NCBI GenBank assembly: GCA_963771275.1
Contig: CAVYSW010000003.1
Span: 832,001-896,000 of the forward strand
DNA from: an uncultured Gemmatimonadales bacterium
Lineage (GTDB): Bacteria; Gemmatimonadota; Gemmatimonadetes; Gemmatimonadales; GWC2-71-9
Reading direction: 5' to 3'
DNA: 64,000 bases
Positions within the stretch are counted from its first letter, which is position 1, and each line of letters starts with the position of its first letter. This document shows, one piece after another, positions 1-8,716 of the stretch. The translations under genes and the position numbers were made by a program. The notes below the pieces were generated by a model. That model ran no database searches, was not told the origin of the DNA, and was given only the letters and a program-made list of their open reading frames with translations.

Positions 1-454
1 GCGCCGTCCCGACGCCGACGCCCAGCACATCGGCGGCCTCGGCGATGCTCAGCTCCTGGTAGAACACGAGGTGCAACAGCTCGCGTTGGCGCGCCGGTAG
101 CGCGCTCAGCGCCGCAACCAGCCGGGCATTCGCATCCGCCTGCGCGGCCGCCGTGGCCGGGTCCGGCCCCGGGGCGAGACCGTTGCCGTGGCCGTGGAGC
201 CGCGACAGCGACAGGAACCGGCCCAGGGCGCGCCGCCGCCGCTCCTCGGCCGCGGTCCGCCGGATCACGCCGTACAGCCAGGTGCGGAACTGGGCGCGTT
301 CGGCAAACCGGGCGCGGCCGTCGAGGATCTTGAGATAGGTCGTCTGCAACACGTCCTCCGCCGTCGGGCGGTCCCAGCGGCAGCACGCCAGGGCCCAGCC
401 GAATGCCGCGCGATGGTGCCGCGCGAGTTCCGTTTCCAGCTCGCTCGAGGTCAA
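1..454 (-). CDS. ECF-type RNA polymerase sigma-70 factor (runs off the window edge)
   Basis: Manual translation of the minus strand from TTG at 454: AEDVLQTTYLKIL...FRTWLYGVIRR (region 2) and LSALPARQRELLHLVFYQELSIAEAADVLG (region 4). Confidence 0.85.
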   Translation of the reverse strand, partial: MTSSELETELARHHRAAFGWALACCRWDRPTAEDVLQTTYLKILDGRARFAERAQFRTWLYGVIRRTAAEERRRRALGRFLSLSRLHGHGNGLAPGPDPATAAAQADANARLVAALSALPARQRELLHLVFYQELSIAEAADVLGVGVGTA

Positions 455-1354
455 CCGGCGCGATCGCCTTCCGAGATGAGTGACTCCAGCAACCGGAACA
501 TATGACACGGCGGCCCGGCTGATCGAGGTGACGGCCGCCGAGCGCGGCGCCACCGCGCGGCATTGAGCCCCGTGTCTGGCGGTCGCCTTGAAGCCGCGCC
601 TCTCGCGGGTTCCCCCATTCGGCTCGTCATCGAGCGCGCGCGCTGCGAGGGGGGGGTCGGCGGCTCGACCGAGGCTGGCCGGTGAGCCATGCGGATCGCA
701 GCTCGGGCAGTGACGAGCCCCTGAACAGGGAATTGAGGACGAAAGTCGGGTGGTGGTCGGGAGACTGTGGCCGAGTCGCTCGGCACGCAATCGACGGGAT
801 AGGAGGCTGGGGGACAGGGGGCAAGGGACAGGGAAGACGAGCAGCCGCAGGGGCTTAGGCGTGATGGGACCAACTCGAATCCCTCCCTGTCGCCCTCGTC
901 GGCCCGGCCCGCGCCGCCGAGTGATGGAATCCCGACTAAAGGATACCCTACTTCTGGTAGCAATTGCGCGCCGCAGGCTGATGCCACAGGATAGGTGAGG
1001 GGAGTAGGGGGGTCGCGTAATCCCTTACGACGACGATGTGGTGGAGGACGGGTGTTCCGTCTAACGCACGGGAGGCAGGTGAGGGCGGGCGAATGAAGTC
1101 GCAACCGCGGGTTGGAGTTAGGCGGTCCTGGCCGGCCGAGTCGCGAGACGAATCACCGACTTGGCGGCTGTCTATCGCTCCGGCGCTCTATGGCGTTACG
1201 CACCACGGTTGCCGGTCTAATCCCGCGCCGTTCCCACTGGCGCATGTGGTTGAAGTATTGAAGGGAAGGGCGGTTTGGGTCCACTCGGCCATCGCGCCGG
1301 GGACGAGGGAAATGCTGAAACGCAATCTCTTATTGCCAGCGGGAACGTCCCGCA

Positions 1355-1373
1355 GGCTAATACCTAGTTAGGC
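1355..1373 (+). other. Putative integron attI site (GGCTAATACCTA-GTTAGGC)
   Basis: GTTAGGC at 1367-1373 has no upstream attC arm. GTTAGGCCGCACAT is the exact reverse complement of ATGTGCGGCCTAAC (2086-2099) ending the first cassette. Confidence 0.65.
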
Positions 1374-1393
1374 CGCACATGGGGAGTTAACAC

Positions 1394-2074
1394 ATGGCGA
1401 AGTTGTACCAGCTATTCGTCGGCTGCCCGTTCCGCAAGGCGATTCGCAAGAACTACGATAAGCTTAAGATCGAGCTCGAGAAGGAAACGCCCCTCCACGT
1501 CATTCTCGCGGACACGGGCGCGATCACATCAACCGACTACCTCCTCGAACACATCACCGGCCTAATTACGGAGTCCGACTGCTGCGTGTTCGACGCCAGT
1601 GGCGGTAACCCAAATGTGTCGCTCGAGGTAGGAATCGCGCACGCCGTGCCCGCGGACTTCATCCTCACGTTCAACACAAGGAAGCCCCGCACCAGGGAGG
1701 AGAGGAGCGCCCAGACGGCGGCGGAGCGAGAGGGTGAGGTTCGTCCCATTATCGCCGACCTACAAGGTCGAAACCGTATTGAATACAAGACGTATTCCGT
1801 GCTCAAGCAGCAGCTCCTGACTAGGTACCTCACCGCCCGCCCGTTCATGCAGCGCTGGCGCTCCTTCAAAGCGGAGTATGCAGCATTCGTCGAGGCCTCA
1901 GTGCTTGTCTTCGACGATCTTCGCCGCTCGGGCCGCACGTTGCGCACTCGTGTCGCTCCTCGCCTTTCGGGCACCGGCATTGGCGTGGACGACCTCCTGG
2001 GTGCCCTCTCTGACCATAAGCTCATCGATGTTAGACGTGGCAGGCGAGGCGGCGTGTACTACCCGAAGAAGTAG
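1394..2074 (+). CDS. Cassette protein: nucleoside 2-deoxyribosyltransferase/TIR-like domain plus C-terminal winged-helix-like segment
   Basis: LFVGCPF, ITESDCCVFDASGGNPNVSLEVGIAHA and IIADLQGRNRIEY motifs; GGAG RBS. Confidence 0.65.
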   Translation: MAKLYQLFVGCPFRKAIRKNYDKLKIELEKETPLHVILADTGAITSTDYLLEHITGLITESDCCVFDASGGNPNVSLEVGIAHAVPADFILTFNTRKPRTREERSAQTAAEREGEVRPIIADLQGRNRIEYKTYSVLKQQLLTRYLTARPFMQRWRSFKAEYAAFVEASVLVFDDLRRSGRTLRTRVAPRLSGTGIGVDDLLGALSDHKLIDVRRGRRGGVYYPKK

Positions 2075-2092
2075 TGTCCGGAGCCATGTGCG

Positions 2093-2234
2093 GCCTAACC
2101 GGCGCTTGAAGCTGACCGGCGCTCCCGCCGGGCATAGGAATGAGTGGCTGGTGGGTTCTCAGGACCAGGTCATTGACCAGACGTACTGGCTGGTGCACTT
2201 TCGCGCCGGCAGCTTAAGCGCAAGTCCGTTAGGC
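2093..2234 (+). repeat. attC site (intact, subfamily A)
   Basis: R'' GCCTAAC 2093-2099, L'' CTTGAAGC, L' GCTTAAG, R' GTTAGGC 2228-2234. Confidence 0.92.
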
Positions 2235-2265
2235 GCCACTGCCACAGTTCAGCTTAGGGCTTCGA

Positions 2266-2778
2266 ATGCCACATCTCCGCTGGGGTTTGGGCCTTCTCCT
2301 TGCGATCGCCTGTGCGCCCTCTCCCGCTCCCCTGGGGAAGGTCGTCATTCGGAATCTCCAGAGCGGAACCGTGTGCGGACCACCGTCGGCACCGCGCATC
2401 TGCCAGATTACATCCACCATCGACGTAACTGGTCAGGGCTCGTGCGTGTTCAACCGCACCACGATCCCCTGCACCTGGTTTGGGTATTCGTTCGACTACG
2501 ATCTTCCGTCCTCTACGGCAACGCTCCAGTGCGAATGGCAGTCGGACGTCGGCCGCAGAATGGGAAACCCAGACCAAGCACTCGCGGAGAATGCATCACA
2601 CGGTCAGTACGAATTGACCCTGCGCAATGACACTCACCATTACATCAATCCGCAGTATCGTGGCTTGTCGGCGGCCGACAGTGGCGGTAGCGTGGAGAGT
2701 CTCAGGCAATCATGCGGGTATGCCGGTGAGCAACTGTTTGAGGTTGCCTTTGAGTTTCGATACCCGATGCGCCCCTAG
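2266..2778 (+). CDS. Cassette protein: putative Cys-rich lipoprotein
   Basis: Signal peptide with lipobox-like LLLAIAC; fills the cassette. Confidence 0.65.
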   Translation: MPHLRWGLGLLLAIACAPSPAPLGKVVIRNLQSGTVCGPPSAPRICQITSTIDVTGQGSCVFNRTTIPCTWFGYSFDYDLPSSTATLQCEWQSDVGRRMGNPDQALAENASHGQYELTLRNDTHHYINPQYRGLSAADSGGSVESLRQSCGYAGEQLFEVAFEFRYPMRP

Positions 2779-2808
2779 CGCACCAGCCTTGTGCTGACCG
2801 CCAGTGGC

Positions 2809-3377
2809 GCCTAACCAGCGGAGGAGCGGGCCGTGCACCAGGAGCATGCGGACGTAGGTGTTGCCCTGCTTGGTGATCGCGCCAGCCGCCGCACGGCACC
2901 GCGGAGTGCTCCGCGGCGTGAGGCCGAGGTAGGCGGCGAAGTCGCGGCCCGAGCGGAAGCGGTGGATGTCGCCGACGAACGCCACCAGCGCGGTGGCGGT
3001 GAGGACGCCACGCCGGGCACGGTGCGCAGGAGTTGGGCGTCGGGCATCTGCTCGGCCAAGCGGGTGAGCTCGGTGCGGACGACCTCGGCCTTCGCCTCGA
3101 GCCCTCGATTTCTTCCAGCACGATCTGGAGCGCGGGTCGGAGCAGTGCGGGAACGGTGTCGGTCTCCAGGGCTGCGTACACCCGCGGCCGCACATGGTGG
3201 GCACCCACCGGGATGACGCACCGAACTCCCGCAGGTGGCCCCGCACGGCGTTGATCCGAGCGGTGCGGGTCTGGAGATAGCCTTGCCGGAGCGGTGACGA
3301 CGACATACAGCTGACGAGGGCGCTTATCTTGCGGCTGCGCCGCAGCGCCCTCGCCGCTGATGCGCAGGTCGTTAGGC
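2809..3377 (+). repeat. attC site split by an IS110 remnant
   Basis: R'' GCCTAAC 2809-2815; remaining arm ~3306-3377 ends GCTGATGCGCAGGTC-GTTAGGC. Confidence 0.75.
2816..3305 (-). pseudogene. IS110/IS1111-family transposase remnant (frameshifted, N-terminal DEDD domain missing)
   Basis: Motifs across frames: RTARINAVRGHLREFG, LLRTVPGV, GDIHRFRSGRDFAAYLGLTP, ITKQGNTYVRMLLVHG. Confidence 0.85.
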
Positions 3378-3421
3378 GGCAGCGAAAAGGTCGGCAACGT
3401 ATTCTCGAGACCGTCGGGTCC

Positions 3422-4060
3422 TTGCTCATCATCATTGGATGGGGCCTCCTTGATCGGCTCGGGGCCCTGCGCATGCTGCGTCAGCGAATGCATCGCGTCA
3501 TCGACTTCGGCAATAGGCTGAAGACGTACTGGGATAGCGCCGGGAACGATCAACAGACCTATCTCGAACTCGTGCGCGATTCAGCGTTGATCCAGTCAGA
3601 GCTCGGTGGGTTCGGCGTCGTTGATTGGAAACCGCATGGTGCGAACTACATCATGCACGACTATCAACTGGTCGTGAATGGTCTTGGCGAGATCCAGCAC
3701 TGGTTGCCACAGCGAGCTCTCTTCTCAACGGTGGATCCGGCAAAGGACTATGCCGACGCGATTCGGGATGCGCTTCTGAGATTCGTCGGCGTACTCGAAC
3801 AACGCGAGCATCGAGTCCTTGCCGACATTCGGAATCCTCTGATTCTCTTCCGGGAAGGGATAAGAGCCCTTATAACGATCCCGGTCTGGATAGCAGGATC
3901 TCTTGGATTGATAACGCAGGACACAGTCGGAAGGGTCCGGACTGGCGCCGTTGCGCGCGTGCTCGGTGGGATAGTCGCAACCATCGGCTTCGTCTCGGCG
4001 ATCATCGGCGCTGTCACTGGCTGGCGTGCCTTCCTCGACATCATTCGCAGCTGGTTCTAA
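3422..4060 (+). CDS. Cassette protein: hypothetical membrane protein (start uncertain)
   Basis: Open frame filling the cassette; hydrophobic segments at both ends (e.g. VLGGIVATIGFVSAIIGAVTGW). Confidence 0.65.
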   Translation: MLIIIGWGLLDRLGALRMLRQRMHRVIDFGNRLKTYWDSAGNDQQTYLELVRDSALIQSELGGFGVVDWKPHGANYIMHDYQLVVNGLGEIQHWLPQRALFSTVDPAKDYADAIRDALLRFVGVLEQREHRVLADIRNPLILFREGIRALITIPVWIAGSLGLITQDTVGRVRTGAVARVLGGIVATIGFVSAIIGAVTGWRAFLDIIRSWF

Positions 4061-4075
4061 GTCGAATGTGCTGCC

Positions 4076-5373
<1,298 letters not shown>

Positions 5374-5407
5374 GCAGCACGCCGGTGAAGATCCAGAACC
5401 GCGCCTG

Positions 5408-6208
5408 ATGCGCCCGCTCATCGGGAGGCTTGGCGTGAATCCTCCACTCTGGTCGGTGCCCGGTCTGGCGACGGTCCTCGCGATTGCCGCGTTCTCACTA
5501 TGCGTTGGCTACGGTACCTACTGCTGGGTTCAGGTTCTGAGGAACCGACTCCCCGGCGTTCGTTGGTGGGAGGGCATAGGTCTAGAGGGCAGGGGGTTGA
5601 GTGATCTCGGCCACCAATACCTGCGTCGCTTCTACCGCTCGTTGGCCATCGGAGTCATGGTGCTGTTTGTGCGGGCCTTGGTCCCTGCGGGATCCCCGAT
5701 GCCCCCCAGCGATCTCCCACAAGGCCCGCCCCGCCCCATCGAAGAAGCGGTTTGGGAGGCTGTGTTGGCAGCCTATGCGACGCACGCGTTCCCGTCCGTC
5801 GCGGACAGCGTCCGTGCCAAGCTCCCCGCTCCCGTCGGGGGAGCGCCGTCTCCTGCGCCAGTCATCTTGCTCGCGCGCCGGGATAGTAGTGAGGCCCCGT
5901 ATCACCGTCCGTGGCTGGAGTCGCTAGCGGCTCGATCCTTGGTGACGTCGGTGTGCCGGGCATTGGGTGCAGGTTATTGCTCGGAAAGTGAGGTCAAGAC
6001 CTACCTTGAATTGCACGATCCTCAGTTCGTCGCCCCGGATACGGCGGTCGTCACCGTGTACGAACAGGGTGTCGACTGGAGTTCCTGCGGACATTGGCAC
6101 CGCAGCATCGGCGGCGATCTCACCGTGGAGTTTCGCCTAGCCCACGTTGCAGGCCGCTGGACGATCATCTCGCGCCATGTCCTGGACGCCAGTACGATTT
6201 CTTGTTGA
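5408..6208 (+). CDS. Cassette protein: hypothetical, two N-terminal TM segments plus soluble domain
   Basis: ORF fills the cassette; hydrophobic stretches near residues 20-42 and 78-92. Confidence 0.65.
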   Translation: MRPLIGRLGVNPPLWSVPGLATVLAIAAFSLCVGYGTYCWVQVLRNRLPGVRWWEGIGLEGRGLSDLGHQYLRRFYRSLAIGVMVLFVRALVPAGSPMPPSDLPQGPPRPIEEAVWEAVLAAYATHAFPSVADSVRAKLPAPVGGAPSPAPVILLARRDSSEAPYHRPWLESLAARSLVTSVCRALGAGYCSESEVKTYLELHDPQFVAPDTAVVTVYEQGVDWSSCGHWHRSIGGDLTVEFRLAHVAGRWTIISRHVLDASTISC

Positions 6209-6355
6209 TGGCGTGCTGCCTAACCGGCGCTTGAAGCTGGCCGGCCCTGTACGTTCACGAAGGAAGAGGTCTTTGCTCGCGTGGTGAGTTCCTGGGTGCG
6301 TTCATCGACACACGTTGCTGCTGGCGAGAAATGGCCGGCAGCTTAAGCGCAGATC

Positions 6356-7777
6356 TGTCAGATGACAAGACATCGCTCTGTCCGGGAGATGACAAGACAT
6401 CGCTCCCGTATGGTGGTCGGTCGGAACGGAGCCACCCCGGGGAGGGGAAGAAGGGGAGGCCAGGGTCGGTCCGCCACGTTAGCGCAGCCGGTAGTCATGG
6501 GTGTCGATAAGCTGTCCGTCGAGGTACACGAGGAGCCGCTGCTCGCTGACATCCACCGTGGCGCGGACGTATTCGTACACGGCGGCCACGGGGACGGGAA
6601 AGCGTTCGCCGAAGATATCCAGCACGCGGTCGCTCCGAATGAACCGCATGAAGTGGTAGCGGCCGCGCTCGGGCTTCGGCAACGGATGCCTCGGAGGCGA
6701 AGCCGTGTCTGGGAAGCGCAGGAGCGCGCCACTCGCGCGCAGCACCGCCAGGGGAGTACGGCCGTGCAATTTGCTGTACCGGTAGCGCGCATTGTGATGC
6801 TCCTCAAAGCGCCGGCTCTCGCGAGACAGGGCACCGGCGTCCTCCAAGGGAACCCGGCGGCGAAACCGGTGCTCATAGAGGTCGTTGAATTTCTCCACCA
6901 CCCCATTCCGCCACGGCTCCGCGATCGGGATGAAAAGCGGCTCCACCCCCTGGGGCAAACACAGACGGATCAGCGGCCCCATGCCGCGGGGGTGACGCCG
7001 GCTCCCGAAGAAGACCAACTCGTTGTCGACCTGCCCGTAGCGCGGCACCCCCAGGCGGCCCCAGGTGGCCCAGATCGCATTGATGGTGGCCTGGGCATCC
7101 CGCTGCAACGCGGGCTCCACCGCACAGCGCCCGGTGGCCAACTCCACGGTGTTCAGGCTGTAGAAGCGCAGCGGCGGCTTCCCGTAGCGGGGCCCGACAA
7201 AGTCCATCTGCTGGACGCTGCCGACCGCGGTGCCATCCGGTGCCGGATACTTCTTGCCCTTCGGCTGGTACGGCTCGGCATCGGGGGCCACCGCGCCGTG
7301 GCGTGCCAGGATGCGCGCGATCGTGCGCGCCGTCGGCACCTCGGGGGTCTGCAACGCCTCCAGCTCCCAGAGGATGGCCTGCGCGCCATGGAACGCCCCC
7401 TCGCGCTGGAGCTGCCCTCGCATCGCCAGCACCAGCGCCTCCACGGCGGGCGTGCACTGCCTCGGGCTCCGGTGCGGGCGGCGGGACCGATCGCGAAACC
7501 AGGTCGGATCGTCGGGGTCCGCTCGGGTCAGCCACTTCCGCACCCACCAGGGGGAGCGGTGGAGGGACGCGGCAATGGCACTGACACTCTCGCCTGCCTG
7601 GTACCGCTCGAAGGCTTGCTGGCGCTCCTGCTCGAAATCTGGCTCCATGCGCTCCCCGCAGCTCGCGGCCGGAACGCATGGTGCACCGCACTGCCCAAAA
7701 ACCAAGCCTCTCGCGTGAGTCCCAGAAGCGATGTACTGTCACTTCCCGGCGAGGGCGATGTCTTGTCATCCATCACA
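6356..7777 (-). mobile_element. IS481-like DDE insertion sequence with TGT...ACA ends and repeated end motifs
   Basis: GATC at 6352-6355 and 7778-7781; GATGACAAGACATCGC at 6361 and 6388 with inverted copies at 7755-7770 and (degenerate) 7728-7743. Confidence 0.88.
6479..7648 (-). CDS. IS481-like transposase (HTH plus rve/DDE)
   Basis: DRSRRPHRSP, QQMDFVG, QVDNE and PWRNGVVEKFN motifs. Confidence 0.9.
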   Translation of the reverse strand: MEPDFEQERQQAFERYQAGESVSAIAASLHRSPWWVRKWLTRADPDDPTWFRDRSRRPHRSPRQCTPAVEALVLAMRGQLQREGAFHGAQAILWELEALQTPEVPTARTIARILARHGAVAPDAEPYQPKGKKYPAPDGTAVGSVQQMDFVGPRYGKPPLRFYSLNTVELATGRCAVEPALQRDAQATINAIWATWGRLGVPRYGQVDNELVFFGSRRHPRGMGPLIRLCLPQGVEPLFIPIAEPWRNGVVEKFNDLYEHRFRRRVPLEDAGALSRESRRFEEHHNARYRYSKLHGRTPLAVLRASGALLRFPDTASPPRHPLPKPERGRYHFMRFIRSDRVLDIFGERFPVPVAAVYEYVRATVDVSEQRLLVYLDGQLIDTHDYRLR

Positions 7778-7847
7778 GATCCGTTAGACCGCGCTCACTA
7801 CCATCCCCGCGCGTGAAGAGCGCCTTCTATGGATCCACGGTCGTTCC

Positions 7848-8453
7848 TTGAATCAGGCCGCTGCTGATCTAGTCGAAGCCGCCAACGCTGAGCTTGTTCG
7901 CGCTTGGAGCGGACCGGAGGTCACTTGCATAGCAACCGTGCAGGGTGACGGGTCCTCAGACCGGCTGTGGCTGTTCCGGATCCGATCAGGGGACCAGAAG
8001 GTCGCCACGGAATTCGCAAAGCGGCTCCGGTCCCACATCGACCACCTGAAGCCACTGAGACTGAAACGCCAGGTCAACCTGCCGACACCACTTGTCGCCA
8101 AGCCATACGGAGCTGGCCACAGGCTTGATCTTGGACTGCACGTGGTCAACGATATCTGGAACGGCTCGTTGATGCTCTTCTTCTATTACGAGGGGCGGTT
8201 CTACAATCCTCCACACCTACAGCTGCCTGACATGCATCGATTCGCGGACGTCGCCGCGGCCCTCTGGCGTTCGGCCGCCTGCGATTGCCATGGTGCCACC
8301 CACTGCCCGGATGGCTGTTGGGAATGTTTCGACCTTCGGTGCAGCCGCTGCGAGGGAACTGGATGGAGGGACTATAGCCTCTGGCTACGCCGCGGCCCAC
8401 GCATCGATTACAGTAGCGGTTGGCCGCTGGCAATGGTTGAGAACGCGGTCTAG
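7848..8453 (+). CDS. Cassette protein: hypothetical with Cys-rich putative zinc-binding C-terminus
   Basis: CDCHGATHCPDGCWECFDLRCSRCEGTGW; stop codon lies in an R''-like GGTCTA. Confidence 0.6.
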   Translation: MNQAAADLVEAANAELVRAWSGPEVTCIATVQGDGSSDRLWLFRIRSGDQKVATEFAKRLRSHIDHLKPLRLKRQVNLPTPLVAKPYGAGHRLDLGLHVVNDIWNGSLMLFFYYEGRFYNPPHLQLPDMHRFADVAAALWRSAACDCHGATHCPDGCWECFDLRCSRCEGTGWRDYSLWLRRGPRIDYSSGWPLAMVENAV

Positions 8454-8539
8454 CTGCCGGGCGGCGTAGGCTGTGACTGGCGATTGGCGGGCAGACTTCG
8501 GCATGAACGACGCCGGACCCCGGATGCGAAGGAGAGGAG

Positions 8540-8716
8540 ATGCCAGCGGTACTGAACGAGATTCTCGACGTGTTCTACGCGAAGCTCTCAGAGTCGGATT
8601 CGCTCGATGAGCAGACGATCAAGGCGCTGCGCACACTCTTCGCGTCGGGTAGGAACCTCAGGGCGGACGACTTGGTTGAGATCCTCTCAGCCGCAGCGAG
8701 GGACCCTCGACCATGA
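8540..8716 (+). CDS. 58-aa protein translationally coupled to the ATPase (absent from the ORF track)
   Basis: AAGGAGAGGAG RBS; MPAVLNEILDVFYAKLSESDSLDEQTIKALRTLFASGRNLRADDLVEILSAAARDPRP; ATGA overlap at 8713-8716. Confidence 0.72.
   Translation: MPAVLNEILDVFYAKLSESDSLDEQTIKALRTLFASGRNLRADDLVEILSAAARDPRP

Larger units (their letters stand above)
6218..7789 (+). repeat. attC site (subfamily B) split by an IS481-like element
   Basis: R'' GCCTAAC 6218-6224; L' GCTTAAG before 6351; R' GTTAGAC 7783-7789. Confidence 0.88.

Noticed and set aside
451..1104. 217-aa minus-strand ORF where an intI would be expected
   Set aside because: Pro/Arg/Ser-rich, with no R-H-R-H-Y tyrosine-recombinase motifs; likely spurious
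6361..6403. Tandem 16-bp repeats as a mini-CRISPR or iterons
   Set aside because: Inverted copies at 7728-7770 show they are IS end motifs
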